DNA of 64,000 bases from an uncultured delta proteobacterium (GCA_963769935.1 CAVYNY010000011.1:579032-643031); one strand, 5' to 3'. Shown: positions 44,062 through 55,687, counted from the stretch's first letter. The notes: generated by a model not told the origin, from the sequence alone. Numbers and translations: made by a program.

Positions 44062-46045
44062 TTATTTCAGCGAATGCTCCCAATTCCACAGTCCCTTCCT
44101 TTTCTTCAGCTTGACACTCCTGGGCACCGGTTCTATCAAATTGACAAAAAGCGTATAGCCTGCTTTTTGCAGCGCCCTCTTCTGATCTCCCAAATCAAGC
44201 TGCCAGTTCGGGTAGGTCCAGTAATCCGGCCCATACCGGGTTATCCAGGCCTGCTCTCCTTTGGGGCTTGCAAATGGCTTCTCCAGCTGTACTTCTTCCG
44301 CCGCCGAACGGGCAACACACAGCGGCCAATTGCCTTCCGCAACGATTCCCAGCGGAATCGGACATTGTTGCGGCAGCTGTAGAAAATCTTCACTGCCAAG
44401 CTCGGGGCTGACAATTGCGCCGCTGAACCCCATGGGTTCAATAGATGCGATGGCCAGGGGATTGGCCAGATTACAAAACGGTCCGGCCCATAGGTTAAAG
44501 CCTTGAGAAGTTTTGAAAAAGGCAATCTGCCAGGGAGCGTTCAATACGAAATAGCGCGCTCCCGATTTGACGGCCGCCTGCACGTCGTCATTGACGGCTT
44601 GTTCATTGTCCGGCCAAATTGTCGGCGGAAGCCACCACCAGATCCGGGAGGCGGTTTTGCCGGACACTTTTTTAATCGCCTGGCGTGATAGCCAGATACC
44701 GAGCCACCCCTGCGGAAGAGATTTCGGCAGTGACCGATATACTTCTATTTCCTGAACCTTTGGTTTCCTTGAAATCACGGGCGGCAGGACAGGCGTAAAT
44801 TTTGAGATCCGGTTCAGGGATGCGGATGTTTGACCGAGCTGGTCCTGCAGAGCGCTGATCATGCTGTCCAGGTGCTTTTCACGCCGATCCGTCAAAAACA
44901 CCGGCACCCCGCTTTTAAATCCTTTTTGCGAGGACGGACTGATATGCAGGCGACCGCCTTTGGGTACCGCCCGTGCGATGCGCTTTATGCTGTGGGCATC
45001 CTCATCCTCGTAGCCCAGCCGAAGCACATCTCCGGGCAGCAATTCTTCCCTGGTGTTAAAATAGGCGCTTTCGGCAGTGCCCTTAATCTTTCCCACCAGC
45101 AGACCGGAACCGGTTTGACTGTGGAGGTCGATTGGATTTTGCGGACGCTGAGGCAAAAAAAAGTAATGGGTGCCGCTGCGCCCCAAAGCGTAGTCCAGCA
45201 TCTGCAGCGCATCTTTTTTCATTTGAGGGTCGCCTCCGTGATCTCTGAGGATCCGATAGCCGCAAACAGTATAATAAACATAATGCGGCCCTTTTTTGCG
45301 CCCCTCTATTTTCCAGGTGCGCACGCGGGGGATGGATAAAAGCACTTTGGCCAATACGTCGACGCTCAGATCCTGACAGGAGAAATAACGATGGGTTTCG
45401 TTGTTTTGCGGAGTAGCGCCGTCGACATGGCTGCACACAACGGCCCCGCAGGCTGCTTTTCCCTCCAAGATAACTGCTCCAGTAACATCTGCCGGAAACA
45501 CCATAACAAAGGGCACCGTGGACAAACACCTCCAGGTCAAGGCCCGGCGGGCATTCGTGCGCCAGCGTTTTGAGCTCGTCAATGTTCAACTCTCTGGGAA
45601 GCACCACCCGGTTTACCTGAAGCTGTTGGCGAACGACGCGCAGGGCCCCGGCAAAACTTACGTTGGCCAGGGTCGAAAGATGAATTTCACCGGCAAATCC
45701 GGTTTGTTTCACCAATGGCACCAGCGCTAAATCCTGAATTATGATGGCATCCGGCTTTACATGCCGCTGCAAAAGATCCAGCATTTGACCGGCCTGGGCC
45801 AGATCAGCAGGCTTCAGCAGGGAGTTGAGCGTCACAAAAACCTTAACGCCCTTTTCGTGGGCCAGATGAACCAGATCGATAAATTCCTCGAGTGTAAAAT
45901 TTTTGGCTTCCATGCGCGCTGAAAAAACTTTCAGACCGCAGTAGACGGCATCCGCCTGAGCGGCCACGGCCGCTAAAAAAGAGGCCTTGTTGCCGGCCGG
46001 CGCCAAAATTTCCGGTGGATGGGGTATTGTATTGGGTTCAGTCAT
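44062..46045 (-). CDS. U32 family protein (RlhA-like RNA hydroxylase), frameshift near 45420
   Basis: PEILAPAG, HLSTLA, EVFVHGALCYGVSGRC, RGRCVQPCRR, then KIEGRKK in the other frame. Confidence 0.85.
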
Positions 46046-46150
46046 CGGGATACCGAGTACGGGTTGTTAGTTGAAAATTTTAATTAATCCGTCCTGAAAA
46101 ATAGCGGATTAATTATGCAATGTTTCGGCGATAGAGTCAACGACCAGGTG

Positions 46151-46314
46151 CTTAGGGCTCACTCAAAAATAACTTCACATTTTATACGCCGCTGCATCCC
46201 GCCTGGCTGCGTTGCGAAAGCTCGGAATATCCAGATATTCCTGCGTTTTCGCGCCTTGCCAGCCGGGCGCCCCGACGCCTAAAATTGTGAACTTATTTTT
46301 TCGTGAACCCTAAG
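46151..46314. mobile_element. Palindromic MITE-like element (~164 bp)
   Basis: cttagggctcac..aaaaataacttcacatttta / taaaattgtgaacttatttttt..gtgaaccctaag terminal IRs, with internal arms pairing around ggaatatccagatattcc. Confidence 0.75.
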
Positions 46315-46521
46315 ACGATTTGTTTTGATCATCCGGAAATCGTGATTCCAGGCAATTTAAAAATTTCCGTTTTATTTTAGCAACATTTTAGGCACTTTAG
46401 GCACTTTAGGCATTTCTTTATACTGTATTTAGAATTAAAAATTTGATATAGTTTTTCGGTTATGAACTATAAAGCTAATACCGGAACCTTTAAGGTTGAA
46501 TCCTGACTTGAGAGTACTCAT

Positions 46522-48237
46522 ATGAACAACGACACCTTTGTTGAACCCCACGGCGGTTCACTGGTTAACTTACTGGTAGATGAGCACCGCGCAGCCTTAC
46601 TCAAGGAAATTGCCCTGAATCTTCCGGACATTACTTTAAATGACCGGCAGTTGTGCGATCTTGAACTGTTGAGCACCGGGGCTTTTTCCCCCTTGACGGG
46701 GTTCATGAACCGCTCCGACTACGAATCCGTGCTGGATCGCATGCGTCTGCAGAACAATCTGTTATGGCCGATTCCAATTTGCTTTGATGTAAACGAACTG
46801 AAGGCCCGCAGTTTGGAGGCGGGACAGTCTGTTGCCCTCAGGGATCCTGAGGGATTTCTTTTGGCGATCATGCATATTGAAGATATCTGGCAGGTCGAGC
46901 CTGAAAAAGAAGCGCTAAAGGTTTACGGCACTGCCAATCGCAGTCATCCCGGCACGGAGTACCTGTTCCAACGGGCCGGCAGCTTCTATCTGGGCGGGAA
47001 GCTGGAAGTTTTAAACCTTCCGCTGCATTTCGATTTCAAACACCTGCGCCGCACGCCGGAGGAAATCCGGGCGGCCATTAAAAAATTGGGCTGGCAGCGG
47101 ATGGTGGCATTTTTAACCCGCAATCCCCTGCACCGGCCCCAGTTCGCCATGACCATCAATGCCATGCGACAAGCCAAGGCCAACCTGCTCCTGCTTCCCA
47201 TTGCCGGCATGACGAAACCCGGTGATTTTGATCACCATACGCGGGTTCGGTGTTATAATCAAGTGGTGCGGCACTATCCGCCCGATTCCCATATTCTGAG
47301 TCTGCTGCCTTTGGCCATGCGCATGTCGGGTCCCCGGGAAGCCCTGCTGCATGCCATCGTCTCGAAAAACTTTGGCTGTTCACATTTTATCGCCGGCCGG
47401 GATCATGCCGGCCCGGGTAAGGATCACAACGGGCAGCCCTATTATGCCAGTGATGAAGCCGCCAAATTGACTGAAAAATTTGCGGATGAAATAGGTATGA
47501 CCATCGTCCCCTTCCCGGAGATGGTTTATTTGCCCTTTGAGGACGAATACCGTTGTGCCGATCAGGTGCCGGAAGGCACTCAGTTCATATCGCTTTCCGG
47601 CTCCGACATCCGTGATCGGATCCGCACCGGACGCCGCATCCCGGAGTGGGCCACCTTTCCGGAGGTCATCGAGGAGTTGCAGAAAGCCTATCCGCCGCCA
47701 CGCAAACAAGGCTTTACGGTTTTTTTAACCGGTCTGTCCGGTGCCGGCAAATCCACCATCGCTAAAATCCTTTACGCGCGCTTTCTGGAGATCGGAGAGC
47801 GTCCGGTAACCCTGCTGGACGGTGACATCGTGCGGCATAATTTATCCAGCGAGCTGAGTTTCTCCCGGGAACACCGGGATATCAACGTCCGGCGGATCGG
47901 TTTTGTCGCCAGCGAGATAACCAAAAACCGCGGCATTGCAATTTGTGCGCCCATCGCCCCCTATGCCGCCACCCGGGCTGAAATCAGAAAAATCATTGAA
48001 AACTATGGTGGTTTTGCCGAAGTCTTTGTATCCACTCCGCTCGAGGTTTGCGAGAAGCGGGATCGCAAGGGTATGTATGCCAAAGCCAGAGCCGGCCTTA
48101 TCCAGGGCTTTACCGGCATTAATGATCCCTACGAAACCCCCCAATCGCCCGAGGTTTTGATCGATACCAGCAACATTACCCCCGATGAAGCCGCTCGCGA
48201 GATCGTGCTGCACCTGCAGCAGAGAGGGTTCATTTGA
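46522..48237 (+). CDS. Bifunctional sulfate adenylyltransferase / adenylyl-sulfate kinase
   Basis: GAFSPLTGF, TRNPLH, GPREA, GRDHAG (Sat) plus GLSGAGKST, LDGD, RDRKGMY (CysC). Confidence 0.95.
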   Translation: MNNDTFVEPHGGSLVNLLVDEHRAALLKEIALNLPDITLNDRQLCDLELLSTGAFSPLTGFMNRSDYESVLDRMRLQNNLLWPIPICFDVNELKARSLEAGQSVALRDPEGFLLAIMHIEDIWQVEPEKEALKVYGTANRSHPGTEYLFQRAGSFYLGGKLEVLNLPLHFDFKHLRRTPEEIRAAIKKLGWQRMVAFLTRNPLHRPQFAMTINAMRQAKANLLLLPIAGMTKPGDFDHHTRVRCYNQVVRHYPPDSHILSLLPLAMRMSGPREALLHAIVSKNFGCSHFIAGRDHAGPGKDHNGQPYYASDEAAKLTEKFADEIGMTIVPFPEMVYLPFEDEYRCADQVPEGTQFISLSGSDIRDRIRTGRRIPEWATFPEVIEELQKAYPPPRKQGFTVFLTGLSGAGKSTIAKILYARFLEIGERPVTLLDGDIVRHNLSSELSFSREHRDINVRRIGFVASEITKNRGIAICAPIAPYAATRAEIRKIIENYGGFAEVFVSTPLEVCEKRDRKGMYAKARAGLIQGFTGINDPYETPQSPEVLIDTSNITPDEAAREIVLHLQQRGFI

Positions 48238-48239
48238 AG

Positions 48240-48800
48240 GCGGGATAAGGTAGAAGTTGGGAAGTTGGGAAGTTGGGAAAATGAAACGGGGAAACGGTGC
48301 GCGCATCGAAGATGCCCAGCTCATAGCTGATAGCTCATAGCGAGAGAAAGACAGATAGATGAGAAGGTGAGAGGGTGGAAGAGGGTGAGAGGGTAGGAAA
48401 GTTAGAAGATCAGAAGATCAGAAGCTGAGAGTCTGAAAGGGCAAAGGGCATAGAGCACGGCGCATAGAGTATAGGAAAAAGACAAACGGCGCACGGCTCA
48501 AGGCATACGGCGCAGGGCAATGGGGTTGCGGGGAATGGGCATGGGGTGGAGCCCCTGATGCGCCAGCTCATAGTTCATAGAAGATAGCTCATAAAAAAGG
48601 CTTGAAGGGGAGAGGGGGCGCTGATGAATGATTGAGTTGCTTGGGTTGTGCTCACGAATTTAGGAACTTACGAACTCAAGAGCTTATTGTCCTTTATCCT
48701 TTTACCTATCAACTATGAACTGTCAACTATCAACTCAATTAACTCAATAAACTCAATAAACTCAATTAACTCAATTAACTCAATAAACACAATCAACTTA
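48240..48800. repeat. Nested 7-nt/9-nt periodic tract
   Basis: gaagttg, gctcata, agagggt, ggcatag, cggcgca units, and aactcaat(t/a) 9-mers x6. Confidence 0.75.
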
Positions 48801-48802
48801 CT

Positions 48803-50184
48803 ATGAGCTCAATCGAAAAACCGCCGCCATCCTTATCATCGGCAAGGTCGAGGATGAAACCAGGAATCTGGCGGACACCCTGGCGGCCGAGTATCACATC
48901 AGCGCTTCGCCCAATCTGAAGGAAGCCGCCCGCCGCCTCGGCAAAGAGACATTTAATGCCATCATCTATGATTTCTTGAGCGATGGATCGGATCTGGAGC
49001 GCATTCTTCAATCTCTGCGGCAATTATCACCGACCACCCCCATAATTGTGATCGGCCGGGAGAATGATGTCCAGTTAATTGTCGGCGCGATTAAAGCCGG
49101 TGCGTTTGATTTTGTCACCAAACCCTACCCGCCTGAAAAAATCAAATTATCGGTCCACCAGGCCCTTGAAAATCGCAGCTTGAAAAATGAGATCGATTAT
49201 TTACGCCGGGAGCAGGACGTCGTCTATGATTATGATCGCATCATTGCCGTCAGTCCGGCCATGCAAAAAGCCATCAGCACCATAAAAAAGCTTTCTGGCA
49301 CGGATTCCACGATTCTGGTTACGGGCGAAACCGGAACCGGCAAAAGCTTTCTATCGGGCAATATCCATTTCAACAGTCTGAGACGCGACAAACCGTTTAT
49401 CAAGGTCAACTGCGCCAATATCCCGGAGACCCTGCTGGAAAGCGAGCTCTTCGGCCATGAAAAAGGCTCTTTTACCGGGGCCGACAAAACCCGCACCGGC
49501 CGATTTGAACAGGCCAACGCCGGTACGATCTTTCTGGACGAATTCTGTGAGCTGAGCTTTGAGCTGCAGGCCAAGCTTCTGCGGGCCATCGAAGACAAAT
49601 CCTTCGAGCGTCTGGGCGGCAATAAAACCATCCATGCCGACACCCGCATCATTGCCGCGACCAACCGCGACATCGAATCACTGGTGCGGGAAGGCAACTT
49701 TCGCGAGGACCTGTATTACCGTATAAATGTGCTCAGGATCCATCTGCCTCCGCTGCGCGAGCGCGTGGATTGCATCGAACCCCTGGCCCATTACCTCCTG
49801 TCGAAATTAGGCCGCTCCGTAAAGAAAAAAATTGATGCTTTCGAACCCGAAGTCATCGAAATGTTTCGCCAATACCCCTGGCCCGGCAATATTCGCCAGC
49901 TTTCGAACACCATTGAAAGAGCCCTTTTGATGGAAGATGAAATGGTGATCCGGAGAGAAAATATTTCATTGCCGAAAGTCGACGCCTTATCTGCCTCAAA
50001 AACCAAGCCGGCAGGACTCACGCTGTCGCCGGACCAGGAAAAGGAACTGATCTCCGGCGCCCTGGAAAACAATCTCTGGATCCAAAAGGATGCCGCCCGC
50101 CAACTGGGTATAACGCCGCGCGCCTTAAATTACCGCATCAAAAAACTCGGCATCACCCACGCCAGATGGCGGAAAAATAAATAG
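48803..50184 (+). CDS. Sigma54-dependent NtrC-type response regulator (5' end frameshifted)
   Basis: Degenerate REC (GAFDFVTKP), GETGTGKS, ELFGHEKGSFTGA, WPGNIRQL, C-terminal HTH. Confidence 0.9.
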
Positions 50185-50634
50185 GACAGCTCATAGTTCA
50201 TAGCTGATAGCTGATAGGGAAAAAGAAGGTGAGAAGGTGAGAGGGTAAGAGGGTGAGAAGCTGGGAGGCTGGGAAGCTGATAAGCTCTTATGCTCTTAAG
50301 CTTGTTCGTAAGCATCAACAACAATCACCCTAATCATTGAGCGAAACAGCGCCACACTCTCCCCTTCCCCCGCCCCATTTTTTCATACCCTCTCACCCTC
50401 TTATCTTCTCAACCTTCCAGCCTCCCGACTCCCAGCGGTTCTCGCTTTCATCCTTTTACCTTTATTAACCTTTTGCCTTTATCCTTTCACTATCATCTGT
50501 AGGCTGAGCGTCTTCGATGCCCTCACCTTCCCAACCTCCCAACTTCCATCTTTTAAGCGTCAACGCTTCCTACCCTCCTACCCTCACACCCTCTTACCTT
50601 CTTTCTTCTATCGCCTGCCTTGCTGCTTACCAAA

Positions 50635-50940
50635 TCGTAATTCATGTATGATAAAACATACTCAAATCGTATATTAAATCATACCCGGATCTTCCTAAGC
50701 GGACTTTTTTAAATTAAAGATACCACTCAGACCGGTCTCTCCCGATCGGTTGAAAATACTGTTTCTTGTAAATTACTGAGATTACGATAGTTTTAGAATT
50801 CCGAGCCTATATCCTTTTTTCTATTTTATAAACCCCGTTCAGAAAATATGTGGCACCTGGTCTTGCTCTGAAGCAGAATGTTTGCACCGGCCCTGCAAAC
50901 CCTACTGCACACGAGGCAGTCTAATTTCCTGGAGGGGGAT
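50635..50940 (+). promoter_or_regulatory. Enhancer (tandem GTA-N10-TAC palindromes) + sigma54 promoter + two-hairpin leader, copy 1
   Basis: GTATGATAAAACATAC and GTATATTAAATCATAC, TGGCAC-CTGGTC-TTGCT at 50851 (one base too long), duplicated at 53553-53856. Confidence 0.7.
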
Positions 50941-50946
50941 TGAATT

Positions 50947-53515
50947 TTGTTATTTATCAGGTTTTATATTCAAAAATATGTTGATTATTTAAATTCATCG
51001 AGCCCACGCAGATCGGACGGCAGAGGTCAGAGGACAGAAGTTGAGAGGTTGGGAAGGTGGGAAAGTGAGACCGCCAAACCGCTCCTAAAGTGTAACGATC
51101 CTCGAACGAAGTGCTCCTTGAGCGCAGCGCTCATATTTATTTTTTTCGCTTTGTGCCTTGCGCCTACCTTTGCATCTGCCGCAGATGTAACACTGGCTTG
51201 GGACAGCAATCAGGAAAATGATGTCGCCGGTTACCGTCTGCATTATGGAACTTCCAGCGGAAATTATACGCAAAATATCGATGTCGGCAATATAACCGAG
51301 CATACCCTTACGGGACTCCAGGATGGGACCACCTATTATTTTGCGGTCACGGCCTATGATCTTGACAATTATGAGAGCGGCTATTCACAAGAACTGTCTT
51401 ACACGGCCGGCAACCAGAACAGCAGTCCCACCACCCCGGCCGTGCCCAACAGCCCCTCCAGCGGGTCTGTGGGTACCAGCTATTCATTCAGCACCTCGGC
51501 TTCCGACCCGGACGGCGATGCGATTGAATACCAGTTCGATTGGAGCGGCGGAGCCGCCTCCAGCTGGGGGGCTGCCACGCGAAGCCATTCCTGGTCCTCG
51601 GCCGGCACTTATTGTGTGAAAGCGCACGCCCGAGACAGCCAGGGTGCGATCTCCGACTGGTCGGGCTGCCGTAATATATCGATTGCCACACCGACCTATA
51701 CGATTTCAGCCTCAGCCGGATCCAACGGCAGCATCTCACCTGCCGGAACGGTGACGGTCAACCAGGGTGCCGGCCGATCATTTACCATCAATGCCAATCA
51801 GAGCTATCAGGTGCTGGATGTCCGGGTGGACGGTGCTTCTGTGGGGGCGGTCACCTCCTATACGTTTACCAATGTGACCCAAAATCACACGATCAGCGCC
51901 AGCTTCGTTTCCGTCAACCAGGCACCGACAGCCAATGCCGGACCGGATCAGACCGTCACGGAAGGCGCGGCGGTTACATTAAACGGCAGCAATTCCAAGG
52001 ATCCGGGGGGAAGCATTGCTTCCTATCAATGGCGGCAAATCGATGGCTTGACGGTGCAGCTGTCGCAGGCCGGCACCCAACGGGCCTCCTTTGCAGCGCC
52101 CAACGTCGGCATGGCCGGTGAAACCCTGACTTTCAGGCTGACCGTAACGGACAACGGCGGTCTGCAGGGTGTCGATACCTGTGTGGTGACGGTCACCAAG
52201 GCGGCGGTTGTGGACAGCGACGGTGACGGGGTGCCGGATGCTCAGGATGCCTTCCCGTACGATCCGGACGAGTACCTGGACACCGACGGCGATGGTGTTG
52301 GAAACAATGCCGACCTTGACGACGACAACGACGGTTTGCCGGATGAATGGGAACTGGCATATGGTTTAAATCCGCTCAGAAACGATGCCGCCGAGGATCC
52401 GGACGGCGATGGGGTCAACAACATCAACGAATTCAATCTGGGGACCGCGCCCAATCACTATGAAGGCAATTTTAGTCCGAATCCTCCGATCCTGTTGACG
52501 CCGGAAAATGGAGCGGTTGTCGGATTAACCCCGCGGCTTGAAACCGATCAGTTTGATGATCCCAACGTTAACGATGTTCACGGCAAAACCCAGTGGCAAA
52601 TTATCCGGGCTTTCGATGGTGTCCCTGTCTTTAATGTTACTTCATCAAATTCTTTAACCTCTATTGAGATACCCAATCTGATCCTGGAAGAAGATACCGA
52701 ATATGTATGGCAGGTTAAATTTTTAGATAATCACGATTCGGCATCAGATTGGTCAGTTGCCGGTCATTTTACAACTGATTTCAATAACCAGGATTCAAAC
52801 GGAAATGGTATACCGGATGACCAGGAATTAGATACCACGCTTGACCTGGACCAAGACGGTATTCCGGACAGCGAACAAGATGACATTAAAAGTGTCGTCG
52901 TTGAAGGAGGATCCACCCAAATTGGAATCAGCATTCGAGATAGAAGACAGGGTTCAATCCATTGAAGCGTTCGAATCGGAAAACCTCGCCGACCTTCAGC
53001 CGCACTGCCAAATCCATTGACCAGCCGGCAAATCTACCCTATGGGGATTGATCAGCTTTAAATTGATTGTCGACCAGCCCGGGGATGAAGTTGAAGTGGC
53101 ACTCCATTTATCCGGGGAGGCTCCGGCGGACAGTACCTGGTTCAAATACGATCCGGTGGACGCTGTCTGGTCTGACTACTCCGCCTATACGGAATTCAGT
53201 GTCGATCGCAAAACAGTTTATTTAACGCTTGTGGACGGCGGTTTTGGCGATGCGGACGGCATCGCGAACGGCATCATTGTCGATCCGTTGGGACTTGGCG
53301 CAACATCTTCACCTGCACCTGCGGAAGGTGCATCGGGCGGAGGCGGCGGTGGGGCAGGCTGTTTCATATCCGCTTCGTCTAACAGTATAGAAATAACCAG
53401 CCCGGCCGCTATCCGGCAAAAATTAGCGGAGCTTGCATTTATGTTGACGCTATTGCTGGTAATTTTCATTTTGGCTCGATGCCTGAAAATGTTGAACTCC
53501 TATAAAGTCCGCTGA
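50947..53515 (+). CDS. Surface protein 1: FN3/PKD-like/Ig repeats, Asp-rich (TSP3-like) repeats, choice-of-anchor-U-like domain, CFI-box C-terminal anchor (frameshift near 52945-53045)
   Basis: Signal peptide ASA-ADVTLAWD, YYFAVTAY, NQAPTANAGPDQ, DSDGDGVPD repeats, DGGFGDADGIANGIIVDP, GGGGGGAGCFIS + TM + basic tail. Confidence 0.85.
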
Positions 53516-53552
53516 CAACGCTAAGTACTCTATTTCGTAATTACAGTAACGT

Positions 53553-53856
53553 AATCGTAATTTATGTATGATAAAACATACTTCATCGTATATTAATTCA
53601 TACCCGAATCCGCCGAATAGGGACTTTATTTAAATTGGAGATGCACCTAGTCTGGTCACTCCCGGTCGGTCGAAAATATTGCTTCTTTTAACCTGCTAAA
53701 ATTAATAGGATTCTATCACTTCAGACCTTGATCCTTTTTTGAATTTATAAACCCCGTTCAAAAAATAACTGGCACTGGTATTGCTCTAATCCAGGACGTT
53801 TGCACCGGCCCTGCAAACGGTGCAGCCCACGGCTGCATAATTTAATGGAGGGGGAC
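53553..53856 (+). promoter_or_regulatory. Enhancer + sigma54 promoter + two-hairpin leader, copy 2
   Basis: Same palindromes as copy 1, TGGCAC-TGGTA-TTGCT at 53770-53785 with canonical spacing, SD GGAGGGGG. Confidence 0.75.
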
Positions 53857-53862
53857 AGTATT

Positions 53863-55687
53863 TTGTTAATTACCAGGTTTTGTACTCAAAAAAATATTGA
53901 TCATTTAAATATACCGAGACCGCATAGAAAGGCAAAATTCCATAAGCCTTTATCCTTTTGCCTTTTACCTTTCTTGCCGCGGCATAGTCCCGCCCTATCA
54001 GGACGTCGACGGGTATCCTTTATCCTATCAGCTATCACCTATCAACTATCAACTGCCGCAGGCCGTAAGCTTATGCGCGTCGCCTGTTACGTTTTTCCTT
54101 TTACCTTTTGCCTTTATTCGCCCTGTGCCTGTATGCCTGCATTTGCTTCCGCCGCGGATGTCACTTTGGCATGGGATTCGAACAAGGAATCCACTGATAA
54201 AGCGGATACATTCTGTACTATGGTACTTCCAGCAGGATTTACGCCATAATGTTGACGTGGAAAAAAAGACCAGATATACCGTTACGGGACTTCAGAATGG
54301 GGCAACCTATTATTTTGCCGTTACCGCCTATGACGGGAACGGTCTGGAGAGTGCCTATTCCGCAGAGTTGGTTTACACTAACATTGCGGACAGCGACGGC
54401 GACGGGGTGCCCGATGACCGGGATGCTTTTCCGCTGGATCCTAACGAAACCTTGGATACAGACGGCGATGGTGTTGGAAACAATGCCGACATTGACGACG
54501 ACAACGATGGTATGCCGGATGCATGGGAAACTTTGCACGGCTTAAATCCGCTCAGAATGATGCTTCCAGGATCCTGGACGGCGATGGGATCAGCAACATC
54601 GACGAATACAATATGGCGGGACCGAACCCAATCACTTATGAACAATTTTCCCACCTGAATCCCCCGGCTCTATTATCGCCTTCAAATGACGACATTGTCG
54701 GACCTAACCCTGTCGGCTCTGAAACCGACAGTTTCACGATCCGGATGCATAACGATGTCCTACGGCAAATCCCAGTGGCAAATTTTCCGGGCCGATGGTG
54801 TCCCTGTCTTTAAGTAACTTCAGCCATTCTTCACCCTCTATTGGAATACCCAATTTGATCCTTGAAGAGAATACAGAATACGTGTGGCAGGTTAAGTTTA
54901 TAGACAATCACGGTTCGCATCTGATTGGTCCGAAAGCGGCGCTTTTACTACTGGTGACAGTTGCCAGGATGCAGACGGTAATGGTATTCCTGATGATCAG
55001 GAATTGCGACATCACGCCTGGATCTGGATGAAGACGGCATGCCGGACAGAGAACAAACGATATTAAAGTGTCCAGATTCAAGGGGAATCCACTCAAATCG
55101 GACTCAGCATTCGAGATGCAGATACGGTCCAATCCATTGTGGCCATCGAATCGGAAAACCTCGCAGACCTTCAGTCACACGCCAGTTCTATCAACCAACC
55201 GGCAAGTCTTCCTTATGGGCTGATCAGTTTTAAGTTGATCGTCGACCAGCCCGGGGATGAAGTTATGGTGACGCTGCATTTATCCGGAGACGGCTCCGGC
55301 GGACAGTACCTGGTTTAAGTACGATCCGGTGGAGGATGTCTGGTATGACTATTCCGCTTATACCGAATTCAGTGCCGATCGCAAAACAGTTTATTTAACG
55401 CTGGTGGACGGCGGCTTTGGCGATGCGGACGGCATTGCGAACGGGATTATTGTCGATCCATTGGGGCTTAGCGATAACGTCTTCACCCACGGATGCTGGA
55501 TCGGGCGGTGGGGGCGGTGGAGCCGGCTGTTTCATATCCGCCTCATCTAACAGTTTAAAAATAACCGGTCCGCGCTATCCGACAAAAATTAGCTGAGCTT
55601 GCCTTCGTGTTGACCCTGATGCTGGTAATCTTCATTCTGACTCGATGCGTGAAAAAGTTGAACTCTATCTCTCGCAGAGTCCGCTGA
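53863..55687 (+). CDS. Surface protein 2 (shorter paralog: FN3, Asp-rich repeats, anchor domain, CFI-box), many frameshifts
   Basis: ASA-ADVTLAWD, YYFAVTAY, DSDGDGVPD, DGGFGDADGIANGIIVDP, ggagccggctgtttcatatcc (GAGCFIS). Fragmented across frames. Confidence 0.7.

Noticed and set aside
48240..48800. CRISPR array
   Set aside because: The repeats are degenerate 7-9-mers without unique spacers, and no cas genes are present.
50851..50867. Paralog 1 sigma54 promoter inactivated by 13-nt spacing
   Set aside because: The extra base is a doubled C relative to the paralog 2 promoter, so it could be an indel error. This cannot be decided without reads.
53863..55687. Calling paralog 2 a true pseudogene
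   Set aside because: It has many frameshifts, but the window-wide indel noise makes decay indistinguishable from error without reads.
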